Assembly: GCA_051013385.1 (NCBI GenBank)
Contig: CP143273.1
Coordinates: 96,001-160,000 of the forward strand
Length of the DNA: 64,000 nucleotides
Direction: 5' to 3'
Source: Phormidium sp.
GTDB taxonomy: Bacteria; Cyanobacteriota; Cyanobacteriia; Cyanobacteriales; Aerosakkonemataceae
Shown here: piece after piece, positions 19,616-29,277 of the stretch
Layout: every line of letters begins with the position of its first letter
How positions within the stretch are numbered: position 1 is the first letter of the stretch
Notes under the pieces: generated by a model
Databases searched by the model: none
Told to the model about the DNA's origin: nothing
Seen by the model: the letters and a program-made list of their open reading frames with translations, nothing else
Program-made: the position numbers and the translations under genes

Positions 19616-20269
19616 ATGGGAATATTCGGATTTGGCAAAAAACTTAGCTTACCTACTCCAGATCAAGCATTACCTGGACGTGAGGAAGCTATGGCTGTAC
19701 CTGCGCGTCATTTTGTTAATGGTAATCCTCTAAAACCGCCATTTCCAGAAGGAATGGAAAAGGTAATTTTTGGCATGGGTTGTTTTTGGGGCGCTGAACG
19801 CAAATTTTGGCAACAAGAAGGTGTATATACCACAGCAGTTGGTTATGCAGCTGGTATAACTCCTAACCCAACTTATCAAGAAGTTTGCACCGGAATGACG
19901 GGACATAATGAAGTTGTTTTGGTTGTTTTTGACCCCAAAGTAATTAGTTACGAATCACTTCTGAAGGTTTTTTGGGAAAGTCACGATCCGACTCAAGGAA
20001 TGCGTCAAGGTAACGATGTTGGAACTCAGTACCGTTCAGGAATTTATGTTTATTCCGAAACCCAAAAGCAATTAGCAGAAGCGGCAAAAGCAGCTTATCA
20101 AAAAGCGCTGAATGCTTCGGGTTATGGACAAATTTCCACTGAAATTCTTGATGCACCAGAATTTTATTATGCTGAAGCTTATCACCAACAGTATCTCGCT
20201 AAAAATCCTGGTGGGTATTGTGGTTTAGGCGGGACAAAAGTTTGTTTCCCAGAAACAACAACAGCTTAA
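19616..20269 (+). CDS. msrA: Peptide-methionine (S)-S-oxide reductase
   Basis: GCFWG active-site motif, YHQQYL, GYCG. Confidence 0.96.
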   Translation: MGIFGFGKKLSLPTPDQALPGREEAMAVPARHFVNGNPLKPPFPEGMEKVIFGMGCFWGAERKFWQQEGVYTTAVGYAAGITPNPTYQEVCTGMTGHNEVVLVVFDPKVISYESLLKVFWESHDPTQGMRQGNDVGTQYRSGIYVYSETQKQLAEAAKAAYQKALNASGYGQISTEILDAPEFYYAEAYHQQYLAKNPGGYCGLGGTKVCFPETTTA

Positions 20270-20298
20270 AAGTTAACTAGAGGGGAAAGGATGGGATT

Positions 20299-20422
20299 CA
20301 ATACCGCTCGGTTTTTGAGTAGGGGCGAAGCATTCGGGCAACAATTTATGACTCAAACCCTAGATTTTCTGCCCGAATGCTTCGCCCCTACAAAGGGGAA
20401 AATCGTTAACCGAGCAGTATTG
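20299..20422. mobile_element. 124-bp MITE, copy 2 (inverted relative to 196-319)
   Basis: Same TIRs; different 10-bp direct repeat GGATGGGATT at 20289-20298 and 20423-20432. Confidence 0.9.
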
Positions 20423-20555
20423 GGATGGGATTATTCCTTTTCCCTGTTTCTAACTTGATTAGGGTTAAATTTTATAGTTTTGGAGAAAATGGAACTGAGT
20501 AATGGGAGAATAAGTCTAAATCTGTAAGTAATTTTTATTGTAAGCAGGACTGAAA

Positions 20556-21041
20556 ATGAAAACGATCGGTTCGGTTTTGGCGATCGCCCTAAGTACCACA
20601 GCCTTAATTAACAGCACAACTGCGATCGCGCAAACTCCCACTACAAGAAGTCAGTTTTCCAGCGTCAGTGGTGTTGTCACCTATCGGCAAAGAATTGCTT
20701 TACCACCAGATGCCTTAGTGATTGTACAACTACAAGACGTATCTAAACAAGATGCCCCCGCAGTTGTAATTGGTCAACAAACTATTCCTACTCAACGTCG
20801 TCAAGTTCCCTTTCCCTTTGAAATTGTCTATAACCAAGACAGGATTAACCCAAAAAACACATATACGATTCAAGCAAGAATTATTGTTGATAATCGAGTG
20901 CGTTTCATTAATACAACTTCCTATCCAGTGATTACTAACGGCAATCCTAACAAAGTTGAAATTGTAGTAAATTCAGTGGGAACTTCTCCCCAACAAAAAA
21001 GTGTATTCTCCCGATTTGAACCATTAAATAAACCCCAATAA
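20556..21041 (+). CDS. YbaY-family exported protein
   Basis: VSGVVTYRQRIALPPDA...L.DVS..DAPA motif. Confidence 0.85.
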   Translation: MKTIGSVLAIALSTTALINSTTAIAQTPTTRSQFSSVSGVVTYRQRIALPPDALVIVQLQDVSKQDAPAVVIGQQTIPTQRRQVPFPFEIVYNQDRINPKNTYTIQARIIVDNRVRFINTTSYPVITNGNPNKVEIVVNSVGTSPQQKSVFSRFEPLNKPQ

Positions 21042-21051
21042 TTTTGGGTAG

Positions 21052-21099
21052 GATTCATGGTTAATTAGGAGAAATAAATTTTTCTATTAACCATGAATC
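21052..21099. terminator. Hairpin between convergent genes (likely bidirectional terminator)
   Basis: GATTCATGGTTAAT...ATTAACCATGAATC inverted repeat. Confidence 0.55.
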
Positions 21100-21110
21100 A
21101 TGTAACAGAA

Positions 21111-21305
21111 TTAACTGCGAGAAACTGCCGCAATAACTAAAGCAGCAATAAAGGGAATGATTATTGGTATAATCACAATCAATCCCCATTTGCCAAAACG
21201 AATTTCTTCACCTTCAGACTTGAGAAGTGCAATCCAAGCAGCCGTGCCCATAATTGCCCAAATAACACCAAAGGCGAGAAAAATTACAAACGTTGAATCT
21301 TCCAT
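21111..21305 (-). CDS. Small two-TM membrane protein
   Basis: 64-aa ORF with two hydrophobic segments. Confidence 0.6.
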   Translation of the reverse strand: MEDSTFVIFLAFGVIWAIMGTAAWIALLKSEGEEIRFGKWGLIVIIPIIIPFIAALVIAAVSRS

Positions 21306-21517
21306 TTCCGAAAATTTTGGTAAAACTACTACTTAAATTAGAGCGAATAATTTTATAAATACAAGGTTCGTTGTGAGCACTTCAGTGCTCAAGCGCTTCA
21401 GCGCTTACAACAGGCTTAAAAAGTAAAAACTGAGCTAGATTAGCCCAGTTTGTTTCTTAAGAGTTCAGTAAATTTTTAAACTTAATAATTTGACTTCTGT
21501 TTCCTGTGCCAACAAAA

Positions 21518-21736
21518 TTACATTACAACAGAGATTTCATTAACCATCTGCAAACGTCCGCGACGTACACCGTAAAGTAATCTATCTAAAATAGTTAGTT
21601 CTTCTTCACTCAAGCAACCTTCTAGAATAGCGGCTTTTATCCCGTAGCGATCGGCAAGGGTAATACGTCCAGAACTGATAGCTTCGGCAAATAAGTCATA
21701 AAGGGCGGTGGGGACGAGGTTGAGTTGGTGGGACAT
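21518..21736 (-). CDS. Small hypothetical protein
   Basis: ITLADRYG...LSEEE...DRLLY motif seen in small cyanobacterial proteins. Confidence 0.7.
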   Translation of the reverse strand: MSHQLNLVPTALYDLFAEAISSGRITLADRYGIKAAILEGCLSEEELTILDRLLYGVRRGRLQMVNEISVVM

Positions 21737-21873
21737 TGGGACTGGCTGAACTCTATGCTTTTATTATGGTGGTAAATTAAACCTAACTCGGTGATTACAC
21801 TGATGACAGGCTTGTGATAGTCATATACTCGGAAAAGCGATCGCGATCACAAACAGTTAATTGAGGTGAAAAC

Positions 21874-22299
21874 ATGAGCCCAGAAGAATTTATGAGAGTA
21901 GCTTTAGCAGAGGCGAAGCAAGGGGATGCGCCGTATGGTGCGGCGATCGTCAAGGATGGGGAAATTGCGATCGCCGCCCACAATACAGTCAAACGCGATC
22001 GCGATCCTTCCGCCCATGCGGAAATTAACGCCATTCGACTTTTAACTAAAAAGCTCAACAGCACTTCTTTGGAAGGTTACACTTTGTATACCACCTGCGA
22101 ACCTTGCCCAATGTGTGCTACAGCTTGCATTTGGGCTGGCATTTCTGAAATTATTATTGGCGCTTCCATTAAAGATTTAATCCACTTAGGCGTTTCCCAA
22201 ATTGACTTAAGTTGCGAAGAAATTATTGCTAAAAGTTTTCGCCAAATCAAAGTTAGTAAAGGGCTTTTAAAATCCGATTGCCTATCATTATTTAAATAG
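21874..22299 (+). CDS. Nucleoside/guanine deaminase family protein
   Basis: HAE and PCPMC zinc-deaminase motifs. Confidence 0.88.
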   Translation: MSPEEFMRVALAEAKQGDAPYGAAIVKDGEIAIAAHNTVKRDRDPSAHAEINAIRLLTKKLNSTSLEGYTLYTTCEPCPMCATACIWAGISEIIIGASIKDLIHLGVSQIDLSCEEIIAKSFRQIKVSKGLLKSDCLSLFK

Positions 22300-22315
22300 A
22301 CTTTTTTCCCTATTT

Positions 22316-22356
22316 CTTAACCTTGCCTTGAACAAAAGCTACTTGTTTCTTAACCT
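22316..22356 (+). promoter_or_regulatory. Putative Pho box (SphR site)
   Basis: CTTAACCT at 22316 and 22349, degenerate CTTGAACA at 22327; 11-bp periodicity upstream of a phytase-like gene. Confidence 0.55.
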
Positions 22357-22407
22357 AAATTCGTGGGTAAACTCAGGTTTGCGAGAAACACCTGTAAACT
22401 TAAAAGT

Positions 22408-23694
22408 ATGGCAGAACTTCAAGGATTCGGTTTATTACCCGCAGATACTTTTGCTGGTAGCCCTGCAAAACAACCAGTACAAGGGTTTAGTGCTGTGCAA
22501 TTTGCAGACAAAGTTTCTTTTTGGTTTTTGTCAGATAATGGATTTGGTAGTAAAACCAATAGTACTAATTATTTATTACGTTTGTATCGCCTAAAACCGA
22601 AATTTAGAGGTGCTAGCGGCGATGGTAGCGTCGAAGTAAAAGAATTTATTTCTTTGTCCGATCCTGATAATAAAATCCCTTTTACTATTGTTAATCAAGG
22701 CACAAAAGAAAGAGTATTAACTGGGGGAGATTTTGATCCTGAATCTTTTGTTTTTGCTGCTGATGGTACGATTTGGGTAGGCGAGGAATTTGGCCCTTAT
22801 TTGTTACATTTTGATCGCACAGGCAAACTTTTAACAGCACCAATTCCTACACCAAGTTTTGCCAATAAGGGAAGTTCGGAAAATATCCGATCGCCCGATC
22901 ACCCTGATGTTTTAGCAGGTAAAGCAACATCTAATTTGGAGCGTTCTAGAGGTTATGAAGGATTAGCAATTAATCCGAGTAAAACTAAATTATACGCTTT
23001 TTTAGAAGGAGCGGTAACTGGCGATCGACCTGATACACTGCGAATTAATGAATTTGATTTAGCTGCTAAACAATTTACTGGAATTGCTGGGCTTTATCGA
23101 CTAGAAGCAGAGGGAAATGCGATCGGAGATGTAGCAGTAATCAACGAGAATGAATATCTAGTTATCGAACGCGATACTAAACAAGGAAATGAGGCAGAAT
23201 TTAAGAAGATTTTTCAAATTAATTTAGCCCAAAAAAACGCTGATGGCTATGTTGCTAAAACCGAAATTGCCGACTTACTAAATATTCGCGATCGGCAAGA
23301 CTTAAACCGTGATGGTAGCACGAGTTTTCGCTTTCCTTTTGTGACGATCGAGAATGTTTTAGTGATTGAAAAAAATACTATTTTAGTTGCCAACGATAAT
23401 AACTTTCGAGGCGGTGCAGGACGACCACCAGAACCAGATCAAAATGAGTTTTTGCTGCTAAAATTAGAGCAAAGTCTAAATGTTGATCCGCGAGTGGGAA
23501 TTGGTGCAATTGAAGGAAAGCTTTTCGCTTCAGCTACCAAAAGTATTGATTTCGCTTCTGGGAGTTTAGCGGCTTTTTTGGTAGCAGTGATGATTTGGCG
23601 AATTATCAAGATGTGGAATTGGCGATCGCTCAATAAAGCCAAACCTTCATTTACTAGTAAAAACCCGCCACATAATAAACACAGTAAAACTTAA
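22408..23694 (+). CDS. Esterase-like activity of phytase family protein with C-terminal TM anchor
   Basis: LPADTFA, LSDNGFG, DFDPES, EEFGPYL, ANDNNF motifs. Confidence 0.82.
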   Translation: MAELQGFGLLPADTFAGSPAKQPVQGFSAVQFADKVSFWFLSDNGFGSKTNSTNYLLRLYRLKPKFRGASGDGSVEVKEFISLSDPDNKIPFTIVNQGTKERVLTGGDFDPESFVFAADGTIWVGEEFGPYLLHFDRTGKLLTAPIPTPSFANKGSSENIRSPDHPDVLAGKATSNLERSRGYEGLAINPSKTKLYAFLEGAVTGDRPDTLRINEFDLAAKQFTGIAGLYRLEAEGNAIGDVAVINENEYLVIERDTKQGNEAEFKKIFQINLAQKNADGYVAKTEIADLLNIRDRQDLNRDGSTSFRFPFVTIENVLVIEKNTILVANDNNFRGGAGRPPEPDQNEFLLLKLEQSLNVDPRVGIGAIEGKLFASATKSIDFASGSLAAFLVAVMIWRIIKMWNWRSLNKAKPSFTSKNPPHNKHSKT

Positions 23695-23903
23695 ATAACC
23701 AAAAACAGTCAGCCAATCTGGCCAGTTATCAGAATTAATTAGCATTCGATCGTTCAAATTTTTTATTTCCTTATATATAGTACTTCTAAATCAGTTTCTT
23801 TCTTTGTGTCCTTCCTTCGTGTCCTTCGTGTAGCGTGCGCGTAGCGCGTAAGACACGAAGAGCGCGAAGGAAAGACGAAGAAGTTCAGAAAAAACATCAT
23901 TTT

Positions 23904-23944
23904 GTAACTTGTGTTACCGAAACTTGAAAATTTTGGTGTAGATT
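23904..23944 (+). promoter_or_regulatory. NtcA-activated promoter
   Basis: GTA-ACTTGTGT-TAC (GTA-N8-TAC) at 23904-23917, TAGATT -10 box 21 nt downstream. Confidence 0.7.
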
Positions 23945-23967
23945 CAGAAGTAGAGAAACCAAAAATT

Positions 23968-24110
23968 AGTAGCTTCTAGGGTTCCGGTTTGGATAAAACG
24001 ACGAGAAAGTATAGCCAAACGCTGGTCCAAGAGAAGCAGCTGGCAAACCTCAGAATTTTTTATTTATAAGGATTAGCTAGCCACACGGCGGGAGAAAAGC
24101 CCGGGAGAAT
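23968..24110 (+). ncRNA. Guanidine-I (ykkC-yxkD) riboswitch
   Basis: CTAGGGTTCCG...CTGGTCCAAGAG...ACACGGCGGGAGAAAAGCCCGGGAG conserved blocks; downstream TTCTCCTGGGCTT can pair with the 3' block. Confidence 0.9.
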
Positions 24111-24215
24111 GCACCAGTGAAAGACACTGAGGCTTTGTTCTCCTGGGCTTACTCTTTGGCTTTCAGGAGACAAGCTAGAAAATCTAGTTGTTTTGCAAAT
24201 ATTCAAGGTGTCCCA

Positions 24216-25421
24216 ATGACTGAGAATCCTTCAGAAAATCCTTTATTTCATAGCCCCAACTCTAATAACGGTCATAGACCAAGTGAAGCAGAACGCGCTT
24301 TAGAATTAGAAGCGCGGTTGCCGTTAACAGGTTGGCAGCAGGAAGTGTCGCAAGGGCTGGAATATGGGTTGGAAGCAGCTGAGAGTATTCGCGATCGCAC
24401 TATTCCCACTTTCTCTCGCGGCGAACTGCCCCACTACGCAGGCATCAACACCTTCATGAAAGCGCCTTATGTAGAAGATGTGCGTAAAGTTGGGGAATAT
24501 GATGTGGCAATAGTCGGTGTACCTCACGACTCAGGAACTACTTATCGTCCCGGTACAAGGTTTGGGCCACAGGGAATTCGCCGAATTTCTGCATTGTACA
24601 CTCCTTACAACTTTGAGTTAGGGGTTGATTTGCGCGAACAAATTACCCTGTGCGATGTTGGCGATATTTTCACCATTCCTGCAAATAACGAAAAGTCATT
24701 TGACCAAATTTCTAAAGGTATTGCTCACATTTTCAGTTCTGGCGCATTTCCGATTATTTTAGGCGGCGACCATTCGATCGGCTTCCCCACAGTCAGAGGT
24801 ATTTGTCGCCACTTGGGAGACAAAAAAGTTGGTATTATTCACTTCGATCGCCACGTTGACACCCAAGAAACCGACCTCGACGAAAGAATGCACACCTGTC
24901 CTTGGTTCCACGCTACCAACATGGTAAACGCCCCAGCGAAAAACTTAGTACAGTTGGGAATTGGCGGTTGGCAAGTTCCCCGTCAAGGCGTGAAAGTTTG
25001 CCGGGAACGCGCCACCAACATCCTCACCGTTACCGACATTGTAGAAAAAGGCATCGATGCCGCTGTTGATTTTGCCTTAGAACGGGCACTCGATGGAACT
25101 GACTGCGTTTACATCAGCTTCGATATTGATTGCATCGATGCGGGATTTGTACCCGGTACAGGTTGGCCCGAACCAGGCGGTTTATTACCCCGTGAAGCCT
25201 TAAGTTTGCTAGGGAAAATTGTGGAAAAAGCCCCAGTGTGCGGTTTAGAAGTGGTGGAAGTTTCCCCTCCCTACGACATCAGCGACATGACCTCACTCAT
25301 GGCAACTCGCGTAATTTGCGACACAATGGCACATTTAGTCCGCTCAGGTCAACTACCCCGCAAACAAAAACCCGCCTACATTCACCCAGAAGCACAACCT
25401 CAGCTTGTCGCCTGGACTTAA
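24216..25421 (+). CDS. gdmH: Ni-dependent guanidine hydrolase (arginase/agmatinase family)
   Basis: GGDHS, HFDRHVD, SFDIDCIDAG motifs; downstream of the guanidine riboswitch and upstream of HypA/HypB-like genes, as in Synechocystis sll1077. Confidence 0.88.
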   Translation: MTENPSENPLFHSPNSNNGHRPSEAERALELEARLPLTGWQQEVSQGLEYGLEAAESIRDRTIPTFSRGELPHYAGINTFMKAPYVEDVRKVGEYDVAIVGVPHDSGTTYRPGTRFGPQGIRRISALYTPYNFELGVDLREQITLCDVGDIFTIPANNEKSFDQISKGIAHIFSSGAFPIILGGDHSIGFPTVRGICRHLGDKKVGIIHFDRHVDTQETDLDERMHTCPWFHATNMVNAPAKNLVQLGIGGWQVPRQGVKVCRERATNILTVTDIVEKGIDAAVDFALERALDGTDCVYISFDIDCIDAGFVPGTGWPEPGGLLPREALSLLGKIVEKAPVCGLEVVEVSPPYDISDMTSLMATRVICDTMAHLVRSGQLPRKQKPAYIHPEAQPQLVAWT

Positions 25422-25423
25422 TG

Positions 25424-25815
25424 AGGCAGAGGGGCAGGGGGGCAGAGGGGCAGAGGGGCAGGGGGGCAGGGGAGCAGGGGAGCAGGGGGGCAGGGGAGCA
25501 GGGGAGCAGGGGAGAGGAAAATTCAAAACTTAAAACTCTCTCAACTTTCCCTAACTCAAAACTCAAAACTCAAAACTTAAAACTCTCCCAACTTTCCCTA
25601 ACTCAAAACTCAAAACTCAAAACTTAAAACTCTCCCAACTTTCCCTAACTCAAAACTCAAAACTCAAAACTTAAAACTCTCCCAACTTTCCCTAACTCAA
25701 AACTCAAAACTCAAAACTTAAAACTCCCCAAACTCTCCCTAACTCAAAACTCAAAACTCAAAACTCCCCAAACTCTCCCTAACTCAAAACTCAAAACTCA
25801 AAACTCAAAACTCCC
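25424..25815. repeat. GGGGCAGA/GGGGAGCA octamer array followed by AAAACTC heptamer array with higher-order units
   Basis: Directly visible; recurring unit AACTCAAAACTCAAAACTCAAAACTTAAAACTCTCCCAACTTTCCCT. Confidence 0.9.
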
Positions 25816-25821
25816 TAAGCT

Positions 25822-26205
25822 ATGCACGAAACAGACATGACCAAGGCGTTAATTGTAACTGTGCGGAAATGGTGGTCAGAACAACCAGAAAACCCCCAAA
25901 TTTCCCAGGTTCATCTTACAGTTGGCAAGTTTACTTGTGTGGAACCTGTGAGTTTACAATTCGCTTTTGAAGTTCAGACTCGCGGAACTTTTTTAGAGGG
26001 AGCAAAATTAGTTATTCAAGAAACTCCTTTAATTGCTTTTTGTCATCATTGCCAACAAGAATATAGCCCGGAAATCGGGATTCAATATGCTTGCCCGACT
26101 TGTCGATCGCCAATGGAAGACATTCGATCGGGCCGGGAATTAAAGATCGATCGAGTTGAATATAGTTCTGATTCTGTGGAAAATAATTATGCACCAAACA
26201 TTTGA
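25822..26205 (+). CDS. hypA: HypA-like nickel metallochaperone (guanidine hydrolase accessory, GhaA-like)
   Basis: MHE N-terminus, two CxxC motifs, GRELKI. Confidence 0.9.
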   Translation: MHETDMTKALIVTVRKWWSEQPENPQISQVHLTVGKFTCVEPVSLQFAFEVQTRGTFLEGAKLVIQETPLIAFCHHCQQEYSPEIGIQYACPTCRSPMEDIRSGRELKIDRVEYSSDSVENNYAPNI

Positions 26206-26890
26206 CGCTGCTTTAGGAATTAATTTGCTCCATGCTAATCAAGAAGGGGCCGATCATAACCGCGAACATTTTGATGAGTGGGGAATTACTTGTTTTAATG
26301 TGATGAGTAGTCCCGGTGCCGGAAAAACTGCTTTGCTAGAAAAGACACTCGCTGTATTAACAAATGAGTATAAAATTGCGGTAATTGAAGGCGATATGAC
26401 AACGGAATTAGATGCCGATCGCCTCCGCAAATATAACGTTCCGGTAATTGCTATTAATACAGGTCGTTCCTGTCATTTGGATTCCAAAATGGTTTCTGGG
26501 GGAATTCATCGGTTAGCAAATGAATATAACCCTTCAGAATTTGATTTAATCTTAGTCGAAAACGTTGGTAATTTGGTTTGTCCTGCCGAATTTGAAGTAG
26601 GCGAACACGCCAAAGTTGCCTTATTAAGTATCACTGAAGGAGAAGATAAACCTCTGAAATATCCGGTGATGTTTCAAGAAGCAAATTGTTTATTAATCAC
26701 CAAAATGGACTTAGCACCCCATTTAGATGTTGATGTCAATCAAATTGTAGAAAATGTCCGCCAAATGAATCCTCATGTAACGATAATTCCTGTTTCTGCA
26801 AAAACTGAAGAGGGATTAGATATTTGGTTTGATTGGGTACGTTTTCAGTTAACTAAATCTGCAAAACAGCAATTATCAGTTGTTCATTAA
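26189..26890 (+). CDS. hypB: HypB-like nickel-insertion GTPase (GhaB-like)
   Basis: [32 protein letters not shown] motifs. Confidence 0.92.
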   Translation: MHQTFDAALGINLLHANQEGADHNREHFDEWGITCFNVMSSPGAGKTALLEKTLAVLTNEYKIAVIEGDMTTELDADRLRKYNVPVIAINTGRSCHLDSKMVSGGIHRLANEYNPSEFDLILVENVGNLVCPAEFEVGEHAKVALLSITEGEDKPLKYPVMFQEANCLLITKMDLAPHLDVDVNQIVENVRQMNPHVTIIPVSAKTEEGLDIWFDWVRFQLTKSAKQQLSVVH

Positions 26891-26891
26891 T

Positions 26892-26981
26892 CTAGATCCC
26901 CGACTTCGCAGAAGTTGTCGGGGATCTGGAATCTAGATCCCCGACTTCGCAGAAGTTGTCGGGGATCTGGAGGGGATCTGG
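26892..26981. repeat. Tandem palindromic repeat AGATCCCCGAC...GTCGGGGATCT
   Basis: Two tandem hairpin units; same family at 63065-63156. Confidence 0.8.
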
Positions 26982-27096
26982 AGAAATTTGTAGCACAAGT
27001 AACAAAGCGGTGACTACTTTTTCTGCTACACATAATTCACAGCTATCAAAAAATATCAAATGACGAAATGACGAAATCTGTCTTAAGGTAGATGTT

Positions 27097-28149
27097 ATGA
27101 AAGTGCGATCGCTCATTTCCTACTGCATCCTTTTCTTTGTTACCTTCAGCCTAGCCGTAGGTTGCGTTAATCCAGCAGTTTACATCAAAACAACTAACGA
27201 AGTTGACTCTACCGCCTCCTCAACTGGTGTTGATGCCGTCCGTTTAGGATTTAGTGCTTGGCCCGGTTGGTTTCCTTGGCAAATTGCCCAAGAACAAGGC
27301 ATTTTTAAGGCAAATAATGTTCCCGTAAACCTCAAATGGTTTGATGGATATTTAGAATCTATCAACACTTTAACAGCCGGACAAATAGATGCTAATAGTC
27401 AAACTTTAGGAGATACAGTTAACTCAGTTTCCGGTGGTGCAGATAAAGTAATTGTGTTGGTAAATGATAACTCTACTGGTAATGATAAAGTAATTGTCCG
27501 AGAAGGCATTAATTCGGTTGCTGATTTAAAAGGAAAAAAAGTTGCTGCCGAAGAAGGAACAGTCGATCATTTTCTGTTACTTTTAGGACTAAAAAAAGCA
27601 GGTTTATCGCCAAAAGATATTCAATTTGTTCCGTTAGAAACAGGTCAAGCAGCAGCAGCATTTGTCGGTGGACAAGTTGATGCAGTGGCAGTATTTGCAC
27701 CTTTTACAACTCAAGCATTAAAGCGTCAGGGTAGTAAAGAATTATTCAGTTCAAAAGACTTTCCGGGAGCAATTTCTGACCATTTAGTAGTTTCGCGCAA
27801 GTTTTTGCAAGAAAAACCCGAACAAATTCAATCATTAGTTAATTCCTGGTTTGCCACCTTGGAATATATGCAAAAAAATCCCGAACAATCTTATGAAATA
27901 ATGGCAAAAAGAGCAGGTGTTCCCGTATCTGAATATAAAGAATACGCTGATGGCACTCGCATCTTTACGATTGAGGAAAACTTAAAAGCTTTTCAACCAG
28001 GAAATGATTTAAACTCTTTACAATTCGCCGCCCAAGAAATGAGCAAATTTCTCATGGAAGTGGGATTAGCAAAAAGCCAACCTGATATTACTAAAATATT
28101 TGACGATCGCTTTGTCAAAGCCTACGCCGAAAAAGTGAAAAAATCATAA
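27097..28149 (+). CDS. ABC transporter substrate-binding protein (NitT/TauT family, probably guanidine)
   Basis: Lipobox-like AVGC, WPGWFPW, DLKGKKVA; operon context. Confidence 0.88.
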   Translation: MKVRSLISYCILFFVTFSLAVGCVNPAVYIKTTNEVDSTASSTGVDAVRLGFSAWPGWFPWQIAQEQGIFKANNVPVNLKWFDGYLESINTLTAGQIDANSQTLGDTVNSVSGGADKVIVLVNDNSTGNDKVIVREGINSVADLKGKKVAAEEGTVDHFLLLLGLKKAGLSPKDIQFVPLETGQAAAAFVGGQVDAVAVFAPFTTQALKRQGSKELFSSKDFPGAISDHLVVSRKFLQEKPEQIQSLVNSWFATLEYMQKNPEQSYEIMAKRAGVPVSEYKEYADGTRIFTIEENLKAFQPGNDLNSLQFAAQEMSKFLMEVGLAKSQPDITKIFDDRFVKAYAEKVKKS

Positions 28150-28166
28150 ACTATGGAACTTTAACC

Positions 28167-29012
28167 ATGAATGAAACTCCTAGCTCAATTAGAGACTACA
28201 TCCGACCAAAAAAAATCAAACCCACAGTTTTTTGGCGGCTGGCTGAAGATATTCCCAAACCTCTAAATACAGCATTAATTATTACTTCAATAGGTGCTCC
28301 TTTATTACTGTGGTGGTTAGTAACTACTTTCGGCAACATTGACCCAAAATTTTTACCTTCACCTGCCAAAGTAATGGAAGCATTTGGCAGATTATGGAGT
28401 ACTCGCGAACTGCTGAAAGATACGGTGGCAAGTCTGTGGCGCGTCGGTGTGGGGTTCTCTTTAGCAGCATTAGTTTCTATTCCAATTGGCATATTAATGG
28501 GAAGTTTCCCCAGTATTCGCGCCTTATTAGAACCGCTGTTTGGGTTAATGCGTTATATGCCTGCGCCTGCTTTTATTCCCCTGCTAATTTTATATTTGGG
28601 AATCGGAGAAGAACCGAAAATTACCCTCATCTTTATCGGAGTTTTCTTCTTCAACTCCTTGATGGTAATGGATACGGTAAAATTTGTATCAAAAGATTTG
28701 ATTGAAGCGACTTATATTTTAGGAGGCGATCGCAAACAAGCCCTCTTACAAGTAATTTTTCCCCATGTTTTACCGGGAATCATCGATGCTTGTCGCATCA
28801 ACTTAGCAGCAGCTTGGCAACTAGTAATTGTTTCCGAACTAATTGCCGCAACCGAAGGTTTAGGTCGTCGAATTAGCGTAGCAGGTAGATTTCTCAGAAC
28901 CGATGAAATATTCGTCGGACTAATAGTAATTGGAGTAATTGGATTATCTTTCGATCTATTTTTCCAATATCTCTTAAGAGTTTCCTGTAAATGGGCAAGT
29001 CAAAAACGCTGA
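28167..29012 (+). CDS. ABC transporter permease
   Basis: LPSP, LIEATYILGG EAA-like loop, ELIAATEGLG. Confidence 0.9.
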   Translation: MNETPSSIRDYIRPKKIKPTVFWRLAEDIPKPLNTALIITSIGAPLLLWWLVTTFGNIDPKFLPSPAKVMEAFGRLWSTRELLKDTVASLWRVGVGFSLAALVSIPIGILMGSFPSIRALLEPLFGLMRYMPAPAFIPLLILYLGIGEEPKITLIFIGVFFFNSLMVMDTVKFVSKDLIEATYILGGDRKQALLQVIFPHVLPGIIDACRINLAAAWQLVIVSELIAATEGLGRRISVAGRFLRTDEIFVGLIVIGVIGLSFDLFFQYLLRVSCKWASQKR

Positions 29013-29015
29013 GAT

Positions 29016-29114
29016 AGGCAGGGGGGCAGAGGGGCAGAGGGGCAGAGGGGCAGAGGGGCAGAGGGGCAGAGGTGCAGAGGTGCAGAGGTGCAGAGGGGCA
29101 GAGGGGCAGAGGGG
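29016..29114. repeat. GG(G/T)GCAGA octamer tandem array
   Basis: Directly visible. Confidence 0.85.
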
Positions 29115-29277
29115 AGGAACTAAAAGTTTTTGTCCTAGCAAATCTGCAAGTTAAATAGAGAAATACTAAATCAAATATCAAAACTTATTCTTCTCTTTCC
29201 TTCGCGTCCTTCGCGTCTTCGCGGTTCAAAAAAAGGCAAATTAATGACAGACAATCAAAATTAGTGAGGTTAAACAG

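Noticed and set aside
24117..24215. N-terminal extension of the hydrolase ORF from GTG 24117
   Set aside because: Overlaps the riboswitch expression platform; ATG 24216 is the more plausible start
25238..25627. ORFs 25238-25627 (+), 25297-25566 (-), 28894-29181 (-) and 53708-53941 (-)
   Set aside because: Translations of octamer/heptamer DNA repeats (GAEGQR, PLCPSA), overlapping real genes
25520..25815. Regularly spaced repeats resembling a CRISPR array
   Set aside because: No unique spacers; units are built entirely of AAAACTC heptamers, and no cas genes are in the window
25822..26890. hypA/hypB as evidence of a hydrogenase locus
   Set aside because: No hydrogenase genes nearby; context matches nickel delivery to guanidine hydrolase
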